Notes: a model not told the origin generated them from the letters alone. DNA of 64,000 nucleotides from Anthoceros angustus (GCA_010909165.1 MU008185.1:558001-622000); one strand, 5' to 3'; positions 1 through 13,000 are shown, counted from the stretch's first letter. Program-made: numbers and translations.

Positions 1-2688
1 TCGCCAACGTGCACAGTCACCACCACGAGTTTTGCTTTGAACATGTACTTGCACTTCATTCGGTAGGGCGATTGCAAGCAGAGCAAGTCCATTACCCTGC
101 TCTGACCAACTTAGCGCAGAAATGGGACCCAAAAGCTGAATCCTGTCGTCTAGACTATACCGTCCATGCCCGAGTATGCTCATAGCCTGCCAAATGCACA
201 CAGAATGACCATCCTGGGCTGGACCCTCGCTGACTGTAGCAAGCAGTCCTGACACATGGGTAACAGCTACTGCAGTAATTTCTGTGTCTCCAGCCTTTAG
301 GAGTCCAAGACTTTGCCAGAAAGACTGCTCAGGCCCTCCTTCGATAGTATCCCCACAAAAATCTATCTTCCAAGTTCGTATTATGCCATCTGCACAACCA
401 GTTATCATTTCACAATGTCTACCCTCTGCTGAATCAGAAACTGAACACGGACGCCTCACGGCATCTACACTTGTCACCCGCTCTTCATAAGCCAGTGCTG
501 TGGATCCTAAGATGTGCCATTGAAATAGAAGAACATTCGGCAAACCTGATTTCACATTCAAGGTCTCCAATTGCATGCGTCTTTGGGTCTCTTCCAAGCC
601 CATTCCATACTGCTCCTTATCTGGCTGATCATCTAAATTCCTATCTGTTAGGTTGATGAGAAGCTTCCATGCCACAAGTGCAGTTCCACTGTTTCCTACT
701 CCCAATATTACACAATCAAACTCCGTGTCAGTGCTAACACAAGGATACCTTGATGGAACAGCGTACACCCCTTCCGTGCCGTGCCCATCCAAAAGTGGCC
801 AAGTCAAAGTGCACATGTGTCTATGGCAACCCTTAACAAGTTCAGGTTTCCCTTTGGGAGAGCTGGATGCTTTGAATATCAGAAAGCAGCTCACTCCTTC
901 ATCATTGGCGACAAGCAAGACTGACTCACCTCCTGGAAGGACAAAAGGTGCCCATGCCAGCACATCCAGGTGTCCTACTCCAGAAACTTGCTGCCCGGTA
1001 AGACGGCCACTCAGCCTGACAAGTGGGGCCGAAAAATTTTCAATGTCAAACTGGGGCTGATAAACAGAGCTCAGTAGCCACAGAAGGACATTTCCTGCCT
1101 TATCCAAAGATGCAGCAAGCTTTGTGGTGATAATGGGATGTACAGCAATACTGAGGACTTCCACATGATGACCATCTGCAAGCATATCTTCACCGGCAAC
1201 ACTCCAGGCACTCTTCCTCCCGAGGGCTGACGAAGTTCCAGAGTTCACCTGGCCCGACTTTGAACCTCCCCCACCAATTGCTGCGACAGGAGGCCATATG
1301 CGCAAGCACCTGTAGTGACCACCCTGCAGAATCTCAAACACGTCCAAAGACGAGGGGGGTTCAGCCAGTGTCCCTTCATGCCTCTGAACGACAGCTTTGA
1401 CAAAAGAAGGATTGAGCTGATCCGGCAGCAAGTCAGACCCATGGTTCCACAGAAGGGCCCGTGGACAGCGAGGGGGACTGACATCATCCAGACAATGGAG
1501 GGACCAAAGGGAAATGGAGCCATTGGGGCCAAGGCCAACCAGCCACTCACATGTTGCCACCTCATTGCCTTTCAAATCTTGACTGGTTGCACTGTTTTTG
1601 GTGCTGCTCGCTCCACCAAATGCCCTGACCATCACATCAGTGGCCCATGTCACATGAATGTTCTGCCCCAGCTGCCCTTGCAGATTCCTGTTCACTTCAA
1701 TTACGGCACTCACAAAAAAGGTAGTTTTGGATCGTTTGTCACTAGATTCTTTTCCTGCAGCCCTGTCATTCCTGGACTTGCCAGAGTCGATCTCAATCCA
1801 TAACCTCAATGCTCCATCCTTTGAGGAGGTGAGCAAGATCTGCCTTTGAGGCTGACCAGAGTCCCCTGATTGCGTACTTCCTAACGCCACCTTCGATGGT
1901 CTCCACTGCACCATGAGCACTTTTTGGGGGTGCAACAGTTCTACCTCCTCCAATTCCAAACCATCTTCCCAACACCATATCGTGGCTCTATCTTTGGATC
2001 TTAGCTGCCTCGTATCCTCCCTACCCATGCCATCTGCCAAAGTTCCCTCCTCACCGCCACTCGCAGTGGCCACCATTCCCTTAGCAAACAGGCCTGCGGC
2101 GCAGAGGTGTTGCGGCTGCTGGGCTGGGACCCTCCATAGACAAGACCAAGTTCCATCACCCTTATCTTCCTGCCACATGATAATCTCGCTGCCTGCTGCC
2201 AGTAGGCCGTCACCAGAGGACGTCCAAGCAAAAGCGAACACCTGGAAAGCATGCCTCAGCACCTCCAAGCCTTCCCATGCCACCGGCAACCCTGACATGG
2301 CTCCATTTGCTGCTATACCTGGCAAGCTGGGTCGGGATTTTTGGCGTCGGGAGCGTGCTTTTGGTCCAAGCAGAAAAATATTGTTACCTGCAGCTGCAGC
2401 CAGAATGCCGAGCGAAGGCACCTGGGGCGACCAGGACACGGCTTTCACCCACTCCCTCTCACGAATACTCAACTGCACAATCTGCTGGAAAAATCGTCCT
2501 GCTGCAGCCTCCTCTGTATTAGTGGTGGAAGGCGCAGTGCAGATGACAAGATGATGTTGAGCACCGTACGCCAACCAACTACTCCCGACAAACGCTGGCA
2601 ACCAGTCTGCAGCAGCAGGTGCCGCATTGGGAAGCGGCGGAATAACTTCCTGGAACACCATCTCATACGGGGCTGATGCGCCATCCAT
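1..2688 (-). CDS. DmX-like / RAVE (Rav1, rabconnectin-3-type) WD40-repeat protein, 5' part; runs off the left edge
   Basis: ATG at 2688 preceded by an in-frame TGA. Hand translation begins MDGASAPYEMVFQEVIPPLPNAAPAAADWLPAFVGSSWLAYGA...VKAVSWSPQVPSLGILAAAAGN...FAWTSSGDGLLAAGSEIIMW; the last 120 nt are open in the same frame (SALSWSEQGNGLALLAIALPNEVQV). The middle was only spot-checked. Resembles plant DmX-like WD40 proteins. Probably absent from the ORF track because there is no stop inside the window. Confidence 0.8.
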   Translation of the reverse strand, partial: MDGASAPYEMVFQEVIPPLPNAAPAAADWLPAFVGSSWLAYGAQHHLVICTAPSTTNTEEAAAGRFFQQIVQLSIREREWVKAVSWSPQVPSLGILAAAAGNNIFLLGPKARSRRQKSRPSLPGIAANGAMSGLPVAWEGLEVLRHAFQVFAFAWTSSGDGLLAAGSEIIMWQEDKGDGTWSCLWRVPAQQPQHLCAAGLFAKGMVATASGGEEGTLADGMGREDTRQLRSKDRATIWCWEDGLELEEVELLHPQKVLMVQWRPSKVALGSTQSGDSGQPQRQILLTSSKDGALRLWIEIDSGKSRNDRAAGKESSDKRSKTTFFVSAVIEVNRNLQGQLGQNIHVTWATDVMVRAFGGASSTKNSATSQDLKGNEVATCEWLVGLGPNGSISLWSLHCLDDVSPPRCPRALLWNHGSDLLPDQLNPSFVKAVVQRHEGTLAEPPSSLDVFEILQGGHYRCLRIWPPVAAIGGGGSKSGQVNSGTSSALGRKSAWSVAGEDMLADGHHVEVLSIAVHPIITTKLAASLDKAGNVLLWLLSSVYQPQFDIENFSAPLVRLSGRLTGQQVSGVGHLDVLAWAPFVLPGGESVLLVANDEGVSCFLIFKASSSPKGKPELVKGCHRHMCTLTWPLLDGHGTEGVYAVPSRYPCVSTDTEFDCVILGVGNSGTALVAWKLLINLTDRNLDDQPDKEQYGMGLEETQRRMQLETLNVKSGLPNVLLFQWHILGSTALAYEERVTSVDAVRRPCSVSDSAEGRHCEMITGCADGIIRTWKIDFCGDTIEGGPEQSFWQSLGLLKAGDTEITAVAVTHVSGLLATVSEGPAQDGHSVCIWQAMSILGHGRYSLDDRIQLLGPISALSWSEQGNGLALLAIALPNEVQVHVQSKTRGGDCARWR

Positions 2689-3626
2689 CTTGACAGTCTT
2701 AACCACACCTCAATTCTCCAGATTCCCTTCCCCTTCCCCTTCCCCTTCCCCTACCCCACTCCCCTCCCTTCCCTTCCCTTCCTCGGCAGTCTCCAACAAT
2801 CCCTCCCTATCCAGCATCCCGGATCCCGGAATTCTCCAACACACTGCAAGCCCAAAATTGCTGCGTGGAAGGCCCCATTCAGCTTAACACCACCCCGATC
2901 CGCACAGCCAAACCCCCAGCAACACCAGCTGCCGCAAGCTCCGCAGTAGGGAGGCGGCAGATTGCAACAGGCATGCAATTCAAAACAAGGCAAGCGGCTG
3001 GCCAAACCAGGCTCGCCAAATTGCAGCACACACTCGCACACTCAGCAAACCGACACTCCCACGAGCGCCACGCGCCGACGCGCGCCCGACGAGGAGGAGC
3101 CGGAATGCCGACAGCCCAAGCTCCCGGCAATCGGCCATCCAGTGCGCATCCTGCAACGGGCGGAGCGTGTCAGTCTTGCCACTACGATTGCAAGCAGGAA
3201 AGTTCCGCGAAAGCCGCAGGTCCGTTTGGTACGTATGTACAAAATGAACACATGTTGTACATGCATACGTTATTGGATGCAAATGGACATATGCATGTAC
3301 ATACGTAGGTACGTACAGTATGTATGCTATGGAGCTATGGAGCTGTTGCTGTTTGCTATGTATGTACATACCTTATGCTTATGTAGCTTCTTTATGTATG
3401 ACTGTACACGTTGTTACGCGGTATGGTGCATATGCAGATGTCCGAATTAGGGTTAAATGGAATCGTGTGCTGGTCGACATCACAGTCTGTTGGACCGAGT
3501 AGCAGAGGATTTTGTGGAGCGCAATGTGAGCAATGCGCAAGGGCGGGCAGGAATCCACGGATCGGGACGCGAGGGTACAAGTCGGCGGCGGCAGGATGGC
3601 ATTGAGATGAGGTTGGAGCAGGTGCG

Positions 3627-5801
3627 ATGGCGGCGGCTGCTGCGATGCCTTGCGTGTCCATGTCGCGATCGCTACGGCCGCTGCTGCTGGTGGTGCGGAG
3701 GGCAATGGGCGCGGTGCCGGCAGGAGGGAGGGCGCTGTGGATGGCGCGCGGCGGGCAGTGCGATGGTGTGGTGAGATTGGCGGCTGCGCGGCGGCGGCAG
3801 CAGCAGCAGTGGGCGGTGCGGGCGTTCACCGGCGGGAGTGCGGTGAGCGAGGCGCCGGTGGCGGAGGAGGCGTCGGGGCCTACGACTCCAGCCAAATCCA
3901 GGTGCTGGAGGGCCTGGAGGCGGTGCGGAAGCGGCCGGGGATGTACATCGGGAGCACAGGGACCAAAGGGCTGCACCACCTGGTGTACGAGGTGCTGGAC
4001 AACGCGGTGGACGAGGCGCAGGCGGGCTTCGCCACCACCGTGGAGGTGGTGCTCTACGGGGACGGCTCCGTGAGCGTCACGGACGACGGGCGGGGCATCC
4101 CCACGGACGTGCATCCCGTCACCAAGAAGTCGGCGGTGGAGACGGTGCTCACGGTGCTGCACGCCGGGGGCAAGTTCGGGGGAGAGAGCAGCGGGTATTC
4201 CGTGTCCGGGGGCCTGCACGGGGTCGGCATCTCCGTGGTGAATGCTTTGTCGGAGCGGCTGGAGGTGACGGTGTGGCGGGGCGGGAAGGAGTACCGGCAG
4301 ACCTTCTCCCGGGGGAAGCCCGTGACGGAGCTGGAGAGCTCGCGGCTGCCGAGGGGAGGCCCGGCGGACGGGCACTCGCGTCCTCTTCCTCCCGACCCCG
4401 CGTCTTCCTCACCACCAGGGTGCTGGACTACGACACCATCGGCTCCCGGCTGCGGGAGCTCGCCTTCTTGAATCCCCAGGTGCGGATCGGGCTGAAGCAG
4501 GTGGAGGCGGGAGCGGCCGCAAGGGTTAGTGAGTACCATTTTGTAGGCGGGTTGGCGGAGTATGTTGCTTGGTTGGATGCGGATAAGAAGCAGATGCACG
4601 ACCCGATCGTGATGCGGCGGGAGCGGGAGGGGTCGTGGTGGATGTGGCGTTGCAGTGGTGCGCTGACGCGTATTCGGATACGCTGTTAGGGTATGCGAAT
4701 AGCATTCGGACGAGCGATGGCGGGACGCATATGGACGGGTTCAAGAGCGCGGTCACCCGGGCGATTAATGCGCTCGGGAGGAAGACGAAGTTCATCAAGG
4801 AGAAGGATGAGAATCTGAATGGGGAGCATGTGCGGGAGGGGCTGACGGGGATCGTGTCTGTGAAGGTGCCGAACCCGGAGTTCGAGGGGCAGACCAAGAC
4901 GCGGCTGGGGAACCCGGAGGTGAGGAAGCTGGTGGACCAGCTGCTGCATGAGTCCCTTACGGAGTACCTGGAGCTGCACCCGGCTACGCTGGAGGCGATT
5001 TTGGCCAAGGCGGTGGATTCGTACAAGGCGGCTGTGGCGGCCAAGACGGCCAGGGAGCTGGTGAGGCGGAAGAATTCGCAGAAGAGCTTTATGCTGCCCG
5101 GGAAGCTGGCGGATTGTACCTGGAAGGACGCAAAGGCGACGGAAATTTTCATCGTGGAAGGGGACTCGGCGGGGGGGAGCACTAAGCAGGGGAGGGACCG
5201 GAGGTTCCAGGCGGTTTTGCCGCTCAGGGGGAAGATTACTAATATCGAGAAGAAGGATAGCGCGACTATATATAAGAACCAGGAGATTCAGAATATTATT
5301 CTTGCGCTAGGGCTGGGGGTGAAGGGGGAGGACTTCAAGATGGACGCTCTGCGGTATCACAAGATTATCATCCTCACCGACGCGGATGTGGACGGGGCCC
5401 ACATTCGCACTCTGCTCTTGACCTTCTTCTTCAGGTACCAGAAGGCGCTGTTTGATGAGGGGGTTATCTATGTCGGAGTCCCGCCTTTGTACAAGGTGGA
5501 CAGGGGGAAGCAGAGCAGGTACTGTTTCACCGAGGACGAGCTCAAGGCTACTCTCAAGAGCTTCCCTGCCAGCAGCCATTACACCATCCAACGCTTCAAG
5601 GGGTTAGGGGAGATGATGCCGCAACAGCTGTGGGAGACGACGTTGGATCCATCAAAGAGGATGCTTAAGCAGATGACTGTCGAAGATGCAGCTGCGGCCT
5701 CTATGATGTTCTCGTTGCTTATGGGCGACAAGGTTGAGCCCAGAAAGCAGCATATCCAGGCCGCAGCCTCTAGGATCAACTTACAAAACTTGGACTTGTA
5801 G
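3627..5801 (+). CDS. GYRB: DNA gyrase subunit B, organellar (N-terminal transit peptide), intronless; apparent frameshifts at ~3876, ~4350-4400 and ~4630
   Basis: GHKL motifs [64 protein letters not shown]; [30 protein letters not shown]; RFKGLGEM. Ala/Arg-rich transit peptide from ATG 3627 and plant-type C-terminus RINLQNLDL. Confidence 0.95.
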
Positions 5802-6134
5802 TGTCGAGGCACTTGCCTGCTCCTTCTCGTTATTTAAGGTATTCTCCTTGTCGTCATCCGGTCTGTTGCTCGTAGATGAGATGAGGGTGTGGTTGGTCAC
5901 CAATTGTCTAACCCTCTCGTCATCTGCGAGCAACATGCGGGATGATGACCAGCTCAAGGTCTGGGATACATACTTTTTCCGACAAGGCAGTACATCTTTT
6001 CCATTCCAAGACACAGAAGCGTCCGGAAAGAGAGGAGATTCTTTTCAGATCAATTGATGAGAACTTCAGTTGCTGCCCCTAGCCATGGACTGAAATTCCC
6101 ATGCTTCACTCTAATACGACTGCAGGAATGTGTA

Positions 6135-6774
6135 TCAAGAAGACGACGGGGTGGCCGGTGTGTGAGTTTGGCTGTCTCCTTCGCCAGCGTTTCCGTCGGA
6201 TGCATCACGTGTCGGCGATTTCGCCTCCACGCGCTCGTCTCCCATGAGAACTGACCGTACGTTGTGCAAATACTTGGCACTGCCAATGAAGCGCACAATT
6301 TTCCAATGAGTCACTGAATTTCATCCGAGCGAGAGCGAGAGAGAGAGAGTGAGTCCAGCACCTGTGCAGGCAGTTATCCAAGTGCGCATCCAGCGCCGTT
6401 ATCACGACCGGCATCTGCTCCAACAGCTGCGGCCAGGATCCAAAATTATGTACATCACTTTCACCAAAGGTAACCCGATCATGCTTCCGATGCAAATCCT
6501 ACCGATCCAGTGTTCTTTATGTTGGGCAGTTTAGTCGCGAGATCCTTGGGGAGCTTCGCCACTCGCTGCCACAAATGCCAAGAGTTCGGTTGAAACTATC
6601 GAGAGGAGCACATGTTGGCGACGGCCTGCGGGAATCCAAGACTGTCACCTCTGACGATGGCGAATGTCGAAGGCGGGCGAGCCAAGCAGAGGTAGATTTG
6701 ATGCACTGAGAGGCGCGCTCCGCAGCCAAGGCCTTGAGCGCTCCCTTCTCCTGAGCAGAACTCTGCAAAGCCAT
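6135..6774 (-). CDS. TOM2B: Tobamovirus multiplication protein 2B-like; exons 6774-6649, 6565-6503, 6426-6362, 6279-6135
   Basis: GT-AG splicing gives MALQSSAQEKGALKALAAERASQCIKSTSAWLARLRHSPSSE|RVAKLPKDLATKLPNIKNTGS|LLEQMPVVITALDAHLDNCLHS|AKYLHNVRSVL...*, with frame conserved. Matches the TOM2B pattern KLPKxL..K...IKNTG..LEQ.P.VI..LDAH as recalled. Confidence 0.8.
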
Positions 6775-7091
6775 CTTCTGCGTCGATCACCTGCCTTCCT
6801 TTTAGGGTTCGTAGGGTTTTGGGTTTAGAAGAAGAAGTCTACCTACTAGGTCTAGTCCACTTGGACTGAGTTGTTCAGAACGGCGCATCAGCATATATAT
6901 ACGAGTTATACAGGAAGGGAGTACGTGGCGAAATAATAATTTCTCTGACTCGTGCAACATCTCACGACAAATCATGTATCACAGGCACGTCGTGAATTGT
7001 TTAGGCCTTGGTGCTCGGTCTGATCTTCCTGCTCCAGCACTGATGCCATTTTCTGCAGATTTTCAGCTGATTGATCATTTGCGTGCACGAT
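6775..7091. promoter_or_regulatory. Short divergent promoter region between TOM2B and NRPA2 with telo-box-like motifs
   Basis: Head-to-head ATGs are ~320 bp apart. TTTAGGGTT/TAGGGTTT motifs at ~6801-6826; telo-boxes are typical of plant ribosome-biogenesis genes. Confidence 0.5.
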
Positions 7092-10000
7092 ATGGGGAAG
7101 GAGAAGGGTGCACAGGCCAAGGCCAAGGCTTTGCAAGGGGATCATGAGGCAGCAGCAGAAGCACTTTATGCACTCACCAGGCCCCACATCGAATCGTTTG
7201 ACTACTTTGTGGACCGAGGTCTGCAGGCTGCTGTAACTGCAGTGCAGCCGGTGCAGGTTACTCACCCGCTGTCGAAAGCCACCTTGAGAAATATCCTATT
7301 TACGTGTTTGAATTCGGCTTTCTCACTGCGGGGTTCTGAGTACCGATGCCTGTGCTGTCTTTTTCTGCTATGCTTCCATCTGTTTGTTGAAAAGCCTTGA
7401 CTAATCAAACTCTGGGTTGAGAAGCCGGCAATCACCCCTCCGATCAGGGAACTGAAAGACACTTTACATTCTGCCGACCACCGACTCCTCCCAGCTGAAG
7501 TATCCTCTCAGGGCATCTCCCCTTCACAATAGGAGAATTATGTTCTCGATCCTGCATTTTTTTCGTCAGCACAATTTGCATGTTGTTTCTTAAACTGATT
7601 TCAGGGTTGAATACTGTCTCAGTGTCGCCAAGCTGGACTGAGTTACAAGGGAGCATTTACTGCAGACATATGTTTGCAAACAAATGACAAACACGTGATG
7701 CGTCAAAGTATTTCCTTAGGGCGCATGCCGATCATGGTGAAGGTAAGGTATCGCTCTTTCAGACTTCATGTTCCATCAGGGCTGTCTATTTCTCAGCATG
7801 TGGTCTCTCCTGTTCTGTCTCTCAAGTCGTTTATCTTCTGTGCTGTGTGGCCGTTCATCGATTTCGTAATGCAGTCAAGTGTTTGCCACCTGCGAGGGTT
7901 AGATCAGCAACAGCTGGTTGCCTCGAAGGAAGAGAGTGTAGAGATGGGAGGGTGAGTTATCTTGTTGGCTCACTATGGTTGGAATCCTACATGAGCACAA
8001 TCACTGTCATACTTAAAGGCTGTGGCATGGTTTGTATCAGGTACTTTATATGCAATGGAATTGAGCGTGTCATCAGGTTGTTGATTCTTCCAAAGCGAAA
8101 CTATGTGAGTTTGGCCCTGCCCCTAGCATCCACTACCCACCTGCACAGCAGAGAGCCCCTTTTAGCAATGCTTATAGCCTGCTAGAGCAGCATGTATTAA
8201 CATCTTCTTGGATGTGTTTCCTCGCTGTAGCCCATGGGTTTGGTACGAGGATCGTTCCGGAATCGAGGTCCTTCATACTCTGACAAGGCAGTCTTGATCA
8301 GGTTCACACTGCATTAACTTTTTCTTGATAACCTTCTTCCTCTGTATCAGATCAGATTGGCACTCCTACAACCTCTTCAATGGCATTGTTGTGATGCAGG
8401 TGTGTAAGGCCAGATCAAAGCTCGGTCACAATGAGACTGTACTATCTCCATTCTGGGAAGGCGAAGCTTGGCTTTTCGTGAGTTTCTGACTGGCTCTTTT
8501 TTAAGTATCCGGTACATTTTTCTTGTACTGCATGATCTTGCTGACTATGAAGGCGCTTAATGTGTTTGGTGGCCTGCAGAGTTCGTAGGCAAGAATTTCT
8601 TATACCAGTGGGCATTTTATTGAAAGTAAGTTGGGCATAGTCCCTTCATTGCCTGTGAGGACGGATTGGATTTTGCAGAGGAGCTAAACTGACTGGAATG
8701 TGTATTTCAAGGCTCTCATTGAAGTTAGTGAGAAGGAAATATTCCAGCAAATATCTTGTATACACAAGGGAAATCGCAAGGGTGAAAGGGGGATGGTTGG
8801 CAGTGAGTTTGTTACTCAGAGAGCTAGGATTATTTTGGACGAACTCCAACGCCTCCAGATGCACACCCGTACGGAGTGCTTGAAGTTCCTTGGTACGCTG
8901 ATGCAACTACGGTTTTGCAATGTTCAAGTATGTTCGCAGCAGATCGCTTATGGGTTTATTTGATGGGTTTTGCGTATCTGTCCCCTGATGTGAGGTGTTT
9001 TTTATGGCAGGAGAAACTTTCCGACCTGTGTTGGACGGTGTAGAGAGCCTTAGTTTCACACAGGTGAAGCAATTTTTGTTGGCTCGTTAACCTCAATGCC
9101 AGACACTGCAGTTTACATGGTTTCTAAAGTTAAGTTTACATGCCCAATATACGTTTCAGATTGGGGAGAAAGTACTCACTGATTTCGTCCTCGTACACCT
9201 TGACAACAACCACGACAAGTTCAACCTCATAATGTATGCCCTTGTCAGCGACATAGTCCTTGATGTGTTTCATTGGAACGTCTTTTACCTTTGAGTACAT
9301 GTGTTCCGGCATAAACAATTAAATTATTGTGCTAGCATCAGTAGAGTCAACTCACTATGAGTTTCCTCTGGCAGTTTTATGTTGCAGAAATTATTTGCCT
9401 TGGTAGATGGAACAGCTGCTGCAGATAATGCCGACGTGCTTCAGCTCCACGAGATCCTTCTTCCTGGTCATCTTCTGACTATGTTTGTGAAGGTACCACC
9501 AAGTCCTTGTTGTTGCACGTCATATGTCACTCTAGTTGGACATATTACCATGGTTAAACCACTTGCTTTCGTGGTCCAGGAAAGGCTTCAGGACTGGTTG
9601 GCGAAAGTGAAATCTCAGCTGATTAAAGAAATGGAAGACAAACCAACCCAAATTGACCTTCAAGATTGTATGCCCTCAACGATAGGCTAGCCTGTTAAGA
9701 AAACAAGCAAAACATTTTCATTGTTCTAAAACTATCTCTTGTGTATTTTGTCTCAGCGCAACAGGTGAACAAGGTGATAGACAAAGTTAGCTCAGACATT
9801 GGCAAAAGAGTTGAGTATCTATTGAATACTGGCAACCTTGTGTCCCCTGGAGGCTTGGATATGCAGCAGGTACCTCCTCTTGGTGACTATCTTTAGTCAC
9901 TTCTGTTGCATCAAACGTTTGTTCCTGTGGTTTTTGCTAAAACACCTAAAAGCATGGCCGAGTAATTCACCGTTCTTTACTTATCCAGACCAGTGGCTTT

Positions 10001-13000
10001 ACCGTTGTTGCCGAGAAACTCAATTTCTTTCGCTATTTGTCTCATTTTCGCTCCGTTCATAGAGGAGCTTTCTTTGCAACGCTGCGAACAACAACTGTCA
10101 GAAAATTACTTCCTGAGTAAGTGCTCAATGCTGTTGATTCATAAGGCTCTGTCTGTACAGAAAGAGCTTGTCACTGTACTGTCACTTGACTGATCTTTGG
10201 ATTCTGCGTGCAGATCTTGGGGTTTTATGTGCCCAGTTCACACACCTGATGGTTCTCCGTGTGGTTTACTTATGCACCTCACTGCTGCATGTCGTAAGGG
10301 CTTTTAACTCAGCTGTTCTAGTTTGCTGTATTTACAAGAGCTATGAATTGATCTGTGGAAAGCAATCCTAGCGTGAGCTGATGTACTCCAGGAAGGTCTG
10401 TAACTCACTTGGCTTGTGATGTGCCGCAGAAATCTCAACCGATCTCGATTCCAAAGGCTGCTTGAAAGACCCATTGAGGATTCGGAAGATTGTTTCTTCA
10501 TTTCTGGTTTTGCTGGGGATGATTCCAGCTTTTCCCAGACTAGGGCATGCGAGCCCGCCCGACTATCTTGCTGTCTTGTTGGATGGCAGAGTCTTAGGCT
10601 ACTTGCGTACATGTGATATTCCTCATGTAGTTTCGCAACTTCGGGCTGCGAAGACCTCTCAGTCATCAGAGGTGAGCCTTCCAAGGGAGTTTTCTCATCT
10701 GCAAGAGGCAGCCAGCCATGTGTCCTTACCGTGAGCCTAATTTTGGCTCTTAACAGATTCCTGAAGACTTGGAGGTTGGATATGTGCCATGTACATGTGC
10801 GGGAGCATTTCCAGGTCTCTTTCTTGCTTCAACACCATCACGCTTTGTCCGCCCTGTAATGCAGTTGCCTGCTTCAGAGGAACCTACTTTAGAGCTTATT
10901 GGTCCTTTCGAACAGGTGAGCTATCTTCAATGTCCTGAACCTATCTTCTGCAGTGGGTCAGTGTGTTCTAGAACGATGGGTGCATGTCCTGTTTTGTAGG
11001 TATACATGGATATTAAATGCCTTGATGGAGGGGATGGTGGAAGACAACAGGGAGCCCCCCCACATACACATCAAGAACTCAGTCCAACAGCAATGCTGAG
11101 TGTGGTTGCAAATTTGACCCCCTGGTCAGATCACAATCAGAGCCCCAGGAACATGTACCAATGTCAGGTCTGATTTTTGCTTATACCTTGTTAAGAAGAG
11201 TAGAACGTGGAGCTCAGACCATAAAAATGACCAGGGTTGCTGATGAAGTGGCTCTGCAGATGGCCAAACAAACCATGGGGTTTCCTGCTCAGGCACTCCA
11301 GTTTCGAGCTGATAACAAAATGTATCGACTTCAGGTGCAGGGTTGCTTTTCACTTTTGTCCGCTATCAAGATCTTCTTGGCCCTTGTATCTTTTTACATG
11401 TGTATTGTAGTTCTAAAGATACCTCCCATGTGTGAACACATTTGTGGGTCCCTGATTTCCAGCACTGCAGCGCTCTGATTTGCAAACTTGTTGGCGTCTC
11501 CTGTTCAGAATCCTCAATCTCCTATTGCTCGGACAGCCACATATAAGAAGTATGGCATGGATGAGTTCCCTAATGGCACAAATGCAGTGGTGGCTGTGCT
11601 TGCATACACCGGGTACTGACTGATCACTGTTTCATGCGAATTGCCTGAATCTCGTAAGCCAGAATGTTGCTTGTGGAGATTTTGTCTCATTGGTATCTTT
11701 GTGTGGACAGCTATGATATGGAGGACGCTATGATCATAAACAAGTCCTCCATGGAGCGAGGATTGGCACATGGACAGATCTACAAGGTTGCCATGCGTTG
11801 GCTGTCAGTCAAAAGCTAATTTGGTTTGAGCACGTTTGCTTCCTTGCATGAGCGATTGCTGTTGGTTTTTGTGTTGCAGACAGAGATAATAGATCTTACA
11901 CGGTTGCGGCGAAAAGGAGATGGCATAGTGTATCAATTCAAAAAGGCTCAGGGGGGTAAAAAAGTACCTTATCTTGCTGCGAAAGACCAGTTTATTGACA
12001 CAGATGGTCTGCCACATATCGGACAGGTATTTCAGACCTCAGTTGACCTTCCACACTGGAGGGAAGTGCAAGCTTCCCCGTTGTCCAAATTTTTCTCCTA
12101 CAACTTCTTGACTTTCGGCAGGTGATGAAGGAGGGAGACCCTTACTGCAGTGTGATGAATACCATGGTTGGTACACCAAAGCTCTCCAAAATCAAAGGCT
12201 CTGACATTGCAGTCGTGGATTATGTAGCAGCTGTCGGCACAGGCCCAAAGGATCCAATGCAAAAGGTAGATTTTGGCGTAACTCATTTCGTGCAACCGCT
12301 GGCTCTTGAAGGAAGGTCTGACTTAAACCGCTGAGTTAACCAACAGGTGGCTATTCGGATGAGATATGGGAGGAATCCTGTCATAGGAGACAAGTTTAGT
12401 AGCAGACACGGACAGAAAGGGGTCCTATCTCAACTGTGGCCTGACATCGATATGCCATTCTCATCAGTAACAGGGATGCGTCCTGACATTATAATCAACC
12501 CACATGCTTTTCCATCGAGGATGACAATAGGAATGCTGATCGAATCCATGGCTGCCAAGGTACTCATTCCCGAGTTCTATGCATTGCAGTCAACTTATTC
12601 GTCTTTCGTGCTTCCCATCTCGAACGCTTACTGAAAATGTGTCACTGATCAGGCTGGTGCACTTCGAGGAAATTTTGTTGACGCAACTCCTTTTAAGAAA
12701 TGTGAATCGGAGGGTGATGGATCAGCAGGTCACAAGGAGTCAGCTGTGGATGAATTTGGGAAGCAGCTAGCTTCCTACGGCTTTAATTACCATGGAACTG
12801 AGCTCATGTATAGTGGCGTGCTGGGGACAGAGATGCCCTGTGAGATGTACTTCGGTGTTGTCTACTATCAACGACTCCGGCACATGGTTGGCGACAAGTA
12901 TCAGGTACCATAAAAAGCCCTGCTCTTTGGGACTGATCTTTTACCCGCATGCACTAATCCATGGGCCTGCTCAGGTACGGTCGTTGGGACCCGTTAACCC

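Noticed and set aside
284-2676. Plus-strand ORFs in the ORF track
   Set aside because: Antisense shadows of the minus-strand WD40 gene.
3870-4635. Programmed ribosomal frameshifting or RNA editing in GYRB
   Set aside because: All shifts are single-base losses in G/C homopolymers, better explained by long-read error.
3627-5801. gyrB as bacterial contamination or recent horizontal transfer
   Set aside because: It has a transit-peptide-like N-terminus and plant-type C-terminus, and is embedded among spliceosomal-intron genes.
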